A DNA stretch of 64,000 nt from Malacoraja senta (lineage: Eukaryota): contig CM075985.1 of assembly GCA_038087875.1 (NCBI GenBank), positions 12,338,001-12,402,000 of the forward strand, in the 5' to 3' direction. Position numbers and translations under genes: made by a program. How positions within the stretch are numbered: position 1 is the stretch's first letter; every line of letters begins with the position of its first letter. The notes under the pieces are model-generated. The model was not told the origin of the DNA and did not search any database. It saw nothing but the letters and a program-made list of their open reading frames with translations. Shown one piece after another: positions 23,195-35,701 of the stretch.

Positions 23195-25039
23195 GTGAGA
23201 ACAAATATCTGCATTGTGTATCCCCACGAGAGCTTTCTGACCACAAGGTCTGTGTTACACCGTGACCTCTGTAACATGAAGCATTCATCTGTTGAACCTG
23301 CCTCCCACCCACCCAGCCCTGCTGGTAGAGATGAGAATTCATTGCGCAGTCAATATCAAGTACATCTCAACTAGGTTCAGCTTCGTAATCTGGCACAGTA
23401 AAGAGGTCGAAGCAATATTAAAATAACACAGATGAAGAGGTTGTACCTCAGTACAACTAACTCCCTAAGATACTTGAAAATGAGGAATAATTTAAACCAA
23501 AAGTTTTTTTATTGAACAAAAGAGAAGCTTCAAATTTGATGAACCATTCCCTTACTGAGTCACTGGCAAGTTCCATGCAAAACTGTGTAGCCACAACTGA
23601 AACAGCAGGTGATTGCAATTGTTAAGGGTGATACAGTAAAACTGATAATCTGGCATAGTCAAGACACTGTTGGTGACAGATGAGCAGATTTTCCAGACTA
23701 TTACATGTTACTCTTATTAATTATCTAGCATATTTCTATTTCATTCTTTTTACATGGTATGTAGTAATATAATAGGTTTTCCAGTGAGTTGCTAAGTTTA
23801 AAGAATGCAGGAAATATGACGAGATGACCATTCACAGTTGATCCCATGGAACTCAGTCTTCAGTTCCTTGTTTTTTTTCCCCTGGCAATTTGCAAAAGCT
23901 TTAGACTTAAAATATAGGGGCCATGATAAAGAGGTCTGCAGACAGAGCAAAGATGTCATGTGGTTGACTGTGAGGAGGAAAGCTTCAAACTGCAAGAGGC
24001 AATGGATGGTCTGGTCAGTCATACATGAAGCTGGACAATGGAATATAATCCAGAGAAGTCCAGGCTAATGTAATGCAATTGGGCAAGTACATAATAATGC
24101 GAGGATATTGAGTGATGTGGAGAGCAGTAGGACCTTTGAAGGTCCTACAGCAAGACAGGTCAATAAGGTGGTTAAAAAAGGCATTTGGGATGATTCTCTT
24201 TATTAGTCAAAGTATAAAATATAAGAGTTTAAGGAGGTTAAATCAAAACTAGTAAGGCCACACCTTAAGTATGACATAAGGTTCTGATCACTGCATCACA
24301 GGGAAGGTGAGATTGCAGTGGAGAGGATGCAGATACCTATGAGGATGCCCACACTGTCAACTACATGGCTAATCTTTCATTGGCTGCAGACTGCTTCAGC
24401 ATGCCCTCTTACATTTAGTCTAAACTTACAAATTACCCAAAAACTAAAAAGCAAGGCACTGAGAGAAATGGTAGCTATGTGGATGTTAGCGCTACTGTAA
24501 TTGGTTTTTGTTATGCACAAAATCATGGGGCCCCAGATTGTGCAAATAGGAAGAAGTATTATCTTTAACGCAGGATTCAAAAACAGGAGCTCTGTTTTCA
24601 TTGTACATTAATTTTTTACGATACTATATAACACCCTCCTTGGTTGGCAAGGATAATTTGGCCCATAGGGCCTGTTTCTGTGCTGTATAGCTATGATTTT
24701 TATAACCATTATAATCCTCCATTATAACCTCGTATGATCTGGGTTATGGTAGGAATCAAATCGCCGCATCCTGCTGCCATATCTGGTATGGCCTTCATCC
24801 AGGGTATCTGATCCCATATTGTTGGCAGGTTCGTACATCTGTTGCCATCATCTGCCTTCTTTTGGTTGTCTCCCATCGTCTTACAACATGTAGGATGCTC
24901 AAACAGAGGTTGGGATGTGATGATCTAACCTTCCTCAATATTCCCTTGGCCAGCTTCACAATGTTCTACTGCAATGGAAAATGGGATGATATTGTTTGGT
25001 ATTCAAGCTATTAGTCTACAGAGAACATCACTGAAGCAT

Positions 25040-26640
25040 CCATGGACATTTTTTATATTGCTATTTGGTAAACCAAACCTAGATATGTCTACTTAATCAA
25101 CATAACAGGCCCTTCTGCTCACAATGTTCATGCCGAACAGGATGCCAAGGTAAACAAATCTCTGCCTGCACATGATCCATATCCTTACATTTCCCTGCAT
25201 TTATCCATGTGCTTCCACTATCACACCCTGTAGTGCTTTCCAGGAACCCACCACTCTCTGTGTGAAAGAATCTTGCCCTGCAAAACTCCTTTAGACTTTG
25301 AACCTCTCACCTGAAAGCTTTACCCTCTAGTCTTTGACATTTCCACCCTGGGAAAAACGTTCAGACTATCTACCCTATCTATGTCTCAGGTAACTTTATA
25401 TACTTTTATCCAGTCTCCCCTCCATGTATGATGTACCAGAGAAAACAATCTAAATTTGTCCAACCTCTCTTTATGGCTAATATCCTCTAATCCAGGCAAC
25501 ATGCTGGTCAACTTTTTCTGCTGCCTCTCCAAAGCCTCCATGTCCTTCCTGTATTGGTGCAACCAGAACTGCACACAAATGCAGCAGAATTAAAGTCCTA
25601 TAAAGCTGCAACATGACTTCCTGACTCTTATACCCAATGTCCAGATCTTCTTTACCACTTTATTGTGTTGCCATTTTCAGCGAGATCCTTTGTACATCAA
25701 TCCTGTTAAGGGCCTTGCCAATGACATTATACTTTCCCCTTACATTCAAACTTCAGCTGCTCACTCTCCTCCCTGATACGTCTGGCTGTTCCACCTCCTC
25801 CTTGAGAATGTTCTGCATCTGCAAGACATCCTGGACCCTGACACCCGGGAGGCCACTGCCACACACCATCCTGGAGTCCTGTTTGTGGTCACAGAATCGT
25901 CCACCTAATTAGTCTCCTACTAATATTGCTCTGCATTACTTTACTCTTCCTTCACTGTGCCTTAAATCCAGGTTCACCGGCACGATCTGACTGCTGCTGC
26001 TGCTGTTGTTCTCTCCTGAAAGGTCATCGCCCCAAAAGTATCCAAAAGGGTATACTTGTTTTCAAGGGAATGGTCAGAGGGGATTCTTGCGCTATCTACC
26101 AACTCTCTTTTCGGATAGTGACCCATTTACTTTCTGCATGCACCTTAGGTGTGACCATCTCACTATAACTCTTATCTATGACACTCTCGGTCACCAGCCA
26201 CAGCTCCAGTTGCCTCACGCAGCCAGTCTGGAGCTGCAGATGTACACACTCCCCACGGGTGTGGTGTCGGGAACACTGGAAGTCTCCCTGACTTTCAACA
26301 TCCTGCAGGAGGACCGCACCAGTGGTCTAACTGTCATTTCTTTCTGCACTGCCGCTGGAGGAACTTGTGGAAACCCCCCCCACCCCACCTTATTTTACCT
26401 TCAGCCTCCTTGCCAAAGCCTCACAAGCCAAAGTCTCAACACTTACCCTCAACAAAGCACTTAGCTTCAACACACAGCCTCTCCCAACATACCCACTCCC
26501 AATAGGCCACTCCACTATTACCTGCCTTTCTTTTATACACCACAAGGAGCAGTCATTCTGGGATGCCAACAGCTGGTTTTTAAACCTACCATGCTGCTCC
26601 TCCACTCAGCTGCTCTCTCAGCACTTCATTGAATGCAGAT
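25040..26640 (-). mobile_element. CR1 LINE, internally deleted (ORF1 remnant joined to ORF2 3' end)
   Basis: Reverse-strand ORF1-like SSCRMLKVRETSSVP (~26250-26320) and LPGVRV esterase-like remnant (~25830-25850), followed by ORF2 QFW...ALER.QKKLT.MLPGL. Confidence 0.6.
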
Positions 26641-27349
26641 AATATTGAACAGTAGCTGGCACAACAAAACATCTAGAGTTATACCACGTAGCTCTTGAAG
26701 GTATTCACACACTCCTTCCAAAAATAAATAACAAACCCATACTAGTAACAACTAACGACTTATATTAAATTATTCTTTCAATAAACTATTTACAAACATA
26801 TTAATTGTATTTCCTATGTTTTTCCCAGCTGAAAACTAACTTGTTTTCCTCACTTGCCCAGCTCGGGTGCGAGGTCCCTGACCTGAACCGTCCACTGCCT
26901 GACCTGTCAAATATTTCCAGGATATCTTATTTTTACATCACAATCTACCCATAAAACTGAGAATTCCATGGATCGAGAGGAAATCAGGGGAGACCGTAAA
27001 GAGCGACTCAAAATTATGAGCTGTTTTGCAAGGAACAATTATATGTTCTGGTAATTTGGGCAGTAACTAAAAACAGAAACTTAAAAATTATTGACAAGTA
27101 ACATCAAAATGAAATTTCTGCACCTACATGGTTAAGGTTTGTAACACACAAATAGTGGGAGAAATAGTGAACTATTTTTGTGACAGATGTTCAGGTGGCC
27201 AGATGTAATTGGCTGGGGTCCACCAACACCTACATGTGGTCACAAGTGTTGATTATAATTATCAATGACTGTGATCACAGGAAGGTTAACAACATATACA
27301 GAAGGGCAAATAGATGAAGTGAACAGAAAAATCATGACTAATGAATTTC

Positions 27350-27892
27350 AACATAGAGCCATAGAAAATAGGTGCAGGGGTAGACCATTCGACGCATCGA
27401 GTCAGCACAGCCATTCAATATGATCATGGCTGATCATCCAAAATCAGTACCCCATCCCTGCTTTCTTCCCATATCCCTTGATTCCGTTAGCCCTAAGAGC
27501 TATATTTAACTCTCTCTTGAATACATCCAGTGAATTGGCCTCAACTGCCTTCTGCCAATAATTCCAGATTCACAACTCTCTGGCTGAAAGTTTTTCCTCA
27601 TCTCAGTCCTAAATGGCCTACCCCTTATTCTTAAACTGTGACCCCTGGTTCTGGATTCCCCCAACATCGGGAACATTGTTCCTGCATCTAGCCTGTCCAA
27701 TCCCTTTAAGAATTTTATATGTTTCTAAGATTCCCTGTCATCCTTCTAAATTCCAGTGATTATAAGCCCAGTCAATCCATTCTTTCATCATATGTCAGTC
27801 CCGCCATCCCAGGAATTAACCTGGTGAACCTATGCTGCACTCCCCCAATAGCAAGAATGTCCTTCCTCAAATTAGACCAAAACTGCACATAA
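27350..27892 (-). mobile_element. CR1 LINE 3' end
   Basis: Reverse-strand DRLDAGTMFPMLGESRTRGHSLRIRGRPFRTEMRKNF. Confidence 0.85.
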
Positions 27893-28315
27893 TAGGTGAA
27901 TATTGAGTTATTCATTAATTTTTTCTAAATGATGGAAACATAGGACTGTTAGAAGACCAAAGAGATTTTGCTTTGCCTTTCTCAATATAATTTCATAAAT
28001 AGGTACAAAAGGTAATCAGAAAGGTAAAAGTTATAAAAATAGCTACACTTGTCATTCCTACCTGATGAACGGTGAGCAGCTCTGAGCACTGAACCCTTTA
28101 AAGGCTTTGGATTTGGTGCAGAGTAAATGACAGGAATTTCACCCAACCTCGCTATCAGAATATATAACCAGGGCAAAGGGGAGCTGCTGGATATTGATTG
28201 ATGGCCCTCAGGGGAAGTCTGACAATGTTTAAAGGCTGGATATGGGGCCAGGGGTGATTACGGACATTGCTGTGTTTGCCGAGCTTTCCATTGGTCTGTG
28301 TTTTCTTTTTGAAAG

Positions 28316-28516
28316 GATGTTGTTTCTGTGGCTCAGAATGGAGAGCAAATGTTAGAGATTTCTGTTGATCATCCGGCCAGCCAGTCACAACAGGGAGAAA
28401 TGGCTCTGCATATTCCATTAGATCAAGCCTCAGTGAAAGCCATGTCCAAGAGCGAGCAAGACCAGACACAAAAGCAGCAACAAGGAGATGGGCCTGATTT
28501 AAAGTCCAGAGACTCG
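28316..28516 (+). CDS. Uncharacterised gene exon (DVVSVAQNGEQMLEISVDHP...PDLKSRDS)
   Basis: TTTTCTTTTTGAAAG acceptor and GTGAGA donor, 201 nt, phase 0-0. Confidence 0.75.
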
Positions 28517-30573
28517 GTGAGAGTTAATATTTTACTGTCTCAGCCCATGTGGGTTTGCTGTCATGGGATATTATGTGTTACTTGGTGACAGCAGTCACTA
28601 TAGCCTTCTCTTGTAGATACTTGTGCCCCAACATAGTTATGGATGCATTTAATATTATGTATACCTTACCCGAGTACAAATTCCTAATCGGCCGCCCATT
28701 ATTCACTACAACGGAAAACATAGGTCTAACCCGTTTCCCATTCATTTTCACAGGAGATGCAACACTGTCCTCATCCCTTCCCTTCCAATTTTCCAGAGAC
28801 CCAAGTAGTCTTTCCTGGTGAAGCAATGTCTCACATAGCACTTCTTCCAATTTAGGGGTCCGCTTGTAGGAGTTACAACTCATCTTTTGTTTGAGCATGT
28901 TGCATCCTTTTAGACTCATCGTTGAGTTCTCCAGCCTTAGGTAACTTGGTTTTCTGTCTTTATCAGCATTGGTCATTCCTGCTGAAATTTATCCACCTGT
29001 GATTTTGGCACAGTTTTACTCTCTATTAGTTCATCCTGACCTGCTGAGCATATCCCATAGTCTTGCTATAAGCAACACACACAAATAAGTATAATCAACA
29101 TCACATTAACCCATTTGATCTGGTCTCACCCTGTCACATATTCTTTTTATCCTATCCTTTCTCTGTTCCATCTTCTTTGAAATTTTATATATTTTTCTCA
29201 TCTTTCCCAGTTCTGACAAAAGATTCGTCTACTTCTCTTTCCCGCAGACACTAATTAACTTACTGTTTTTTTTTCCTTTACATCTAATTGTAACAGAATT
29301 TCATTGTTCTATCTGGGACATGTGACAATAAAACACTCTTGACTCTAGAAGAGCATTCAGCCCTATAATTAAGTAATATTTGCCCAAACCATTTCACAAA
29401 CTTCTGGAGCAACTACAGGTTGACCAGTATCTGTGGAGGGAAATGGATAGTCACGATTCGAATTTGGGAACCTTCATCTGGACTTCTGAAATGTCAACTG
29501 TCCAGTTTCCTCCACAGACGCTGCTCAACCCGCTGAGTTCCCCCCGAAGATTGTTTGGTGCTCCAGATTCTGCAGTCCCTCGTCTCATCTATTACAACTA
29601 TTTTAATTCTCTTGAGGAATCATCTCTCGTTCTTTCCATTTTTGCTGTATTATTATTCGTGCTAATCATTTTGCATTGTTTCCCAAAGTAAAGGGTGAAA
29701 TATGTCTAAATTATTAATCATTCACTTTCACTGTGCTGTGGACCAGGCCTTCCACTTGGTCCTATTCTGAGTGCTTCTGTTTCTAGATGTGCTGGCCCAT
29801 TGCAAGCTGTCAGTTGGGCGACACATTTTCACGTCTGTGATGAATGTGTTTAGTAAAATTGAGACATCAACTGTGCAAAAAGGTGGTTCTGGATGGCTGA
29901 TGTGAATAACCTCATTGCATGGAATTTAGATCCTAGTGTGAAATTCCTTAGCCATGTGATGTTTGCCATTTTTGGTAGTCAGCTATGATTAAGGGTCTAC
30001 AGGTTTAACTTACTGACTTGCCTTGAACTTTGAGCCACTAACCCAGGTCTCACCTGGTGATTGTTAATCTTATCCCGTGCTATGGCCGTTAGTAGCTCAT
30101 TCACTAACTACTTGGAATCTTGATCAGTAGTGCAGGTGTTTCCATGGTTACAGCACTTTAAACATGGGCACTAATTTAAAATATAATCCACCCCCACACA
30201 GAATGCAGGGAACTTTGTCATGTTTTTTCCATTTGCTGTACATCTCCAACCATTGAGTGTGGAATTTTACATTCTCTCTCTGTTACTGATTTTGATTCTA
30301 GCTGAGTTTATCAGCCACCAAAAATCGCAGTTGATCTTCCAGTGATTAGTCTAGCAGATGCGAGAGAGACAGAAACAAAACAGTGGTGGGTGGAGAAATG
30401 CAAGATGTGGGGATGTGGGAAAGTAGATGCTATAGGACTGGGCAGGAACTGTGTGTTACGTGAGGCTCCGGCATGGGGAGGGACAGGCTGCACACCCCAT
30501 GACATGAAGTAGTTTCCCTTTGGTCATTTGTGCTGGTGGTTTGAGGGGTGACTGTGTTTTCTCTGGTGTGTAG

Positions 30574-30717
30574 TCTCACATAGGTGGCCCTCGGTGTAAG
30601 ACGAACACAATATTAATATCAGAAGAAGAGAAGAAGCATGTCCTGAGGAGTCTGGCACATGTTCAGAGGAAAGCCGAAGAGAAGCGAAGGAGAGAGAAGG
30701 AGAGGCAGACACTACGG
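30574..30717 (+). CDS. Uncharacterised gene exon (SHIGGPRCKTNTILISEEEKKHVLRSLAHVQRKAEEKRRREKERQTLR)
   Basis: CGG|GTGAGT donor and a charged helical peptide. The acceptor could alternatively be 30584 or 30623. Confidence 0.75.
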
Positions 30718-31578
30718 GTGAGTGGCTCCTGACTGGGGCACTGACCACGGTGACCAGATCTCCTGATCATCCCAGCATGGTCCACTTTCAGCTTCATCCC
30801 AGGGATCATGAGCACCTGAGTGGCCTTCTTAGGAGACAGCATTTGGTCATCTTAGGACACCATTAAGATACAAGAGTGGGGACAGCAGTTCCCTGCCCCA
30901 AGGCCTAGGGTGTCTCATGTGAAGCAATGAATAAAGGTCCTGGGTCACAATCAGAGGATGCCAGATGGGCGGGTTGGTGTTTGCATTCCTTTACCTGTGT
31001 TGTCTTGCGCCTGGTACAAAAAAGACCTCCTATTCCCGAGAGGTCCTAGACTCCTTCCATCCCAGTTCAACAAGGCTTTAAAATTGGAACATGCACCAAT
31101 ACCTAATAACAACTCCATCTGATCTCATGACCTTTGATATCCACAGTTGGCTAGGGTCAGGCACATCCTGGGATTTCTTTGACCCTGGAGGATCAACATT
31201 CACACTTGACGGCACATATCAGCAGCACAGAAACAGTTTTGTCATTCATTTCAGAATTTATTGGGATCACATCAAGTGCTACAACCTCATTCATTCAAAC
31301 CATTGATGTGCATCCCACCACAATCATGGCAGTCAGTGTGCAGTCCAGTGCTTGACACTAGAAAACAGTGTATAGCCCAGTCTCCATTCACTTGGGGTTC
31401 ATACTGCATTCCCACACCCAAGGCTCTTCACCTCTTCTCTCCCTTGCTTGTCTGAGCTCATTCTCACTGTCCAGTAGTTAATGTCCTTGTTATTTGCTGC
31501 CTTTTTGTGTTTACAAATTTAGGTCCTGTCCAACGTTAATCCCTACCTCACCATCTCTGATCGCTATCTCTCTTCTAG

Positions 31579-31680
31579 GTACTGGAGGGCCTTTCCATTG
31601 CTCGGAACAGGATATCAGCTATTGACAGACCATTCCCTCAGACATATGGACAGGATTGTCTCACTGAAGACCTGCTCAAG
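31579..31680 (+). CDS. Uncharacterised gene exon (VLEGLSIARNRISAIDRPFPQTYGQDCLTEDLLK)
   Basis: CTCTCTTCTAG acceptor and AAG|GTGAGA donor, 102 nt, phase 0-0. Confidence 0.8.
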
Positions 31681-34600
31681 GTGAGACATTATGAACCAGA
31701 GAGAAAATTTAACTCACAGGACCCATGGATTATGAGATTGCTTAGACTTTTCCATTACACAGCACCCACTTCCAGAACCTAGAGAATGCAGGAAAGGGGG
31801 CCCATGTGCCAAATGGGGAGATTTAAGGGAGGGGCATAATAGAAGGGTTAAGGGTCTGACAGAATTGGCTTTGATGGCAGTGTTTCATTGTCAGGAATTG
31901 CCAAGTTTAGTTGTAGATTAGGAAGAATAGGCCTAAATGGGTGAATTTAAGATCATTCATGTTCAATCAGGTCTACTCTGCCATTCAATGTCAGGCAGTG
32001 TTCAACATCACTTTCCCACTCTCCTGACAATCCTTGATTTCCTCAGTGCCTAAAAGCCATTGATCTGTCTTCAATATAGTCAATGACTAAGCATCACATT
32101 CCCTTGAGGGGGACAGTTCAAAGTTACAACTGTCTGTGTTGGGAAATTCATCATCCCATCCAGTCCACTCCATCTCCTGTTGAAGTCCATTTGTTTTACA
32201 CCCCCACCTTTCTCACAGCAGTCCCAACCTCATTCCCTATCCCTGGCTTTGAAGATCATCCTGCCCTAATAGCCCATAGCTGAATTTTGCTTCCTGTGTC
32301 TTGAGCCTCTCAGCATTTCCCGGGCAAGTCGCCTTCAATTTCAGTGAGCTCCTTTCATTCTTCTAAATTATGGGGAATAGGGGCCCATTCTGTTCAAACC
32401 CTCATAGGTCAAAAATCATTCCAACAATTCTTCCAAGTGTAAAAAAGACTAAATATGTGTACACTACTGAAATTGTGAAATCACCAAAAACATTATGAAT
32501 TTTGACCACACCTCCTTCTCATACTCCAAACAATAAGGACAAAAACACCATTGTAATCTGCTTGTTAATTGTATGCAACTTGTTTGTGCACATGGACATC
32601 CAAAGCTCTTTAAATATCAACACACAAGTCTTACCTTTCATAAAAGTATACTGGTTTTCCATATTTTCTATCAAGGTTGATAATTTTGCACTTTCCTACA
32701 TTATGCTTCTTCTAGATTATTGCCCAATCTGTTGAAGGAGAGTTAGCCATTAGTCATATTTGTCAACCACAGCATGAGGTAAAAGTACTTCCACAGTGCA
32801 GTTAGGTCAAGAATTTTTAAATTTTCACCATCTTAGAATAAAAGAACAATGATAGTTTCCAAGTCAGGATGTTGTGTGACAGAGGGGAGGGTAACAATGT
32901 TAGTTTTACCCTACATCTGCTGCCCTTGAACTGACAAGTAGTTGAGGTCACAATTTAGGAGAGATGGTCATTAAACCTTAAATATATTACTGCATTATAT
33001 TGTGTACATGTTGAAACACTGTAGCCCAGTGCAAATGGATTGATGTAGTGAATCTTTAGCGCGATGGCCAATCAAGCAAAATCTTTTTTATTGGAAGCCG
33101 TTGAATTTGAGTGTTTTGGGAGCTGCATTCATCGAGACAAGTGTAGAGTATTGCACCACACTCTTGTTTCTTGTTGAAGGTTTTGGACAGTCAGCAGATG
33201 AGTCACTCATCAATGAATACCCAGTCTCTGACCTGATCTTATAACCACAACACACATGCGACAAGATGACCCTATTATTTTCTGGTCAAGATGCTAGCGG
33301 TACATGATGTGACCATTATAGGGACGAAGGTTAGACACACTATTTTTGGAGAAGATCATTAATTGCCTGTAATTTTTGTGGCAGCATAGTTAACTTGTCA
33401 TGTCACTTATCATCTCAAATCTGAATGTAGTTCAGGGACTGCAAATGAATCCGAATATTGTGCTATCAACAAATATCCTGTTATCCTGGAAGAATTTTAT
33501 TGATTTAAAGTAATGAATGATAGTTTGAACAATTTCCTCGGGAGCTCCTGCAGGATTTCCTGACACTGAGAAAGCCTCCAAAAACCACAATCATTTTCCT
33601 TCGCAATATGACTCCCAGTTTTCCCTGATAACCAATTACCTTCAATTTTACAGGGTCTCACTGTTGCCATTTTCAATCAAATGCTGTCTTGATGTCAATT
33701 CCACTTTACCTAGGAAGATGCGGTCCAATATATGGAGGATCAAAGGAATCACTAAAAGGTGTAAACATGTTAGCAATGCCTTTACAGAAAACAAACAAAG
33801 CATTAGGGTGATTTCTGAAGGGATAGAACGGAAAACAAAGGACATGACACGACCCTAAGCCTTTATGGAAAGCTGGTTAGGGCATACTAGTAGTGTACAG
33901 TTCTGGTCCCCATTTTATAAAAATAATATAGAGACAAAGGAGAAGACTTACAATACCTGGACCACAAGCTGCCAACAGCACATCCATGGTGGTACATGAC
34001 ATGCCCAGGATTGATGATGATAGTGATTAAATGCTAGGTTGGTGCTGGACGAGTCGGTAAGATGACTCTCACTATTGTCGCACATGCCTAAATGTCAGCA
34101 AGTTTAGACTTTACGCAATCGACTGGGACTATGACTTTGAGTTGTCAAAAGCAGATGCTAGTTCCATGCCAGGAGATCCATCCATTTCTTTCCTGCTTCA
34201 AATTATCCCACCTCTTTGCTGTAACTGTTTGTTCAGTGTTTCAGATGACAATTGAAACTCACCAATAATCCGAGTAAGGACTACAGGATTCCTTCTCTAA
34301 AGAACATTTGTGAACTAGATGACTGTGTATAATATTGTGGTAGTTTAATGATCGTCATTGCTATTACTGACATTTAAGTTCAGATTTACTTCATTTAAAT
34401 TTCATGCTGCCCTGGCGAAATTTGAGCATATTGTTGGATCATCAGTCCAAATCCCCAGGAATAGCCATAGATTTAGAACACTAGAGGGTTGAGCTCATGA
34501 CTGGTCCCCTAAACATTAAATCTTAGGTCCCTCGCTCCTCTGAATTGCCTCCAATTTACCCCCACCTGCGCCGTCACTTCTATGCTACCCCCCCCCCCCC

Positions 34601-34768
34601 CACACACACACACACATACACTTTCCCAGTCTCCTTCCATTGTCTCATTCATTGTACACCTTACCCCTGTGATATTTTAACTCTCTGAATCCCAACCCCC
34701 CTCTTTAACCCTTCAGTGTGACTCCGTTGTTTTGGGAATTGACAGTGCCTGTTTGTGTCCTGCATTAG

Positions 34769-34857
34769 GAATCTGTTCACTGGAGGACTAAGGTCAGGGA
34801 AACTTTGGAACAACTTCGGCAGGAACGTACCTTCATTCTGAGATCAAAAGGCGAGAG
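34769..34857 (+). CDS. Uncharacterised gene exon (ESVHWRTKVRETLEQLRQERTFILRSKGER)
   Basis: TAG acceptor and AG|GTAGGA donor, phase 0-2. Confidence 0.8.
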
Positions 34858-35562
34858 GTAGGAAAGCTCCTGTTTAATTGAAGAGTGGGATGGAGGACTT
34901 GAGCAGTGGATTAAGGGGTGAAGCTGAAGATGGGGCAGAGGTTATAATAATATTGAGGGATGGTGTTCAAGGGGCAAGGATGGGGTTGTTAGAGGTGAAT
35001 GGAATGACATGAGAGAGAGAAGAAGGGGTGGAGAGTTAGAGTGGTGATGGTGGTGGAGATTTAAATGCAGTATATTAGTGAGGGGTGTAGGGTGAGGAGG
35101 ATTGCAACAGAGGTATAACAATGAGCAGTGTGAGGGTGGGAGTTGAGCTGAGGGCTTGAGAATGACTGGTTGGTTTATGGGATTAGTTATGATTGTGTGG
35201 GGTTGAAGATATAAGGTAAAATATCCAGTTAAGGGATCGGGATGAAGCTTTAAGATTAATGCTAAGGAGTTGAGGGTGAGGAATGTGTTGTAAGGTACAT
35301 TTGAGAGGTTCGTGTGAGGGTATTGCTATGGGATAGCAATTGAAGGGTGAGGGATGGATATACGGAGTTGAAGAGCAGAAGTTAGCATTTGAAAGGTGAC
35401 AGATGGTCTAGGAGGTATATTTGAGGGGTCGGGTGTGAGAAACATGATAGTGGGGTAACAGATGAAGGTGTAGCAGGTGAGGGGTGGAGCTGTTGGTGTA
35501 AGATAGTGGGGATGGGCGGAGTTATAATGGTCGGTCGTTTTTACCTTTGCACCTCTTCATAG

Positions 35563-35701
35563 GAACACAGCCAGTTTTAATGAATTGTTCAATCCTGTGG
35601 AAACGAAGGATTTTACTGATGGGAAGAATCGAAGTGAACATTCAAAGGAGGTCCAACGTCCAGGAATCCATGTAACAGATTCCCTCAACCCATTGTTTTG
35701 A
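35563..35701 (+). CDS. Uncharacterised gene terminal exon (NTASFNELFNPVETKD...DSLNPLF*)
   Basis: Phase-2 acceptor CCTCTTCATAG joins in frame and the exon ends at TGA 35699-35701. Confidence 0.8.

Noticed and set aside
30302-30389. Possible extra exon (PPKIAVDLPVISLADARETETKQWW)
   Set aside because: The best acceptor (30302) gives stops, the alternative sites are weak, and the chain is in frame without it.
11320-35701. Calling the plus-strand gene KCP, FLNC or CCDC136 from human synteny
   Set aside because: No VWC cysteine patterns, no filamin repeats and no recognisable similarity, so it is left unnamed.
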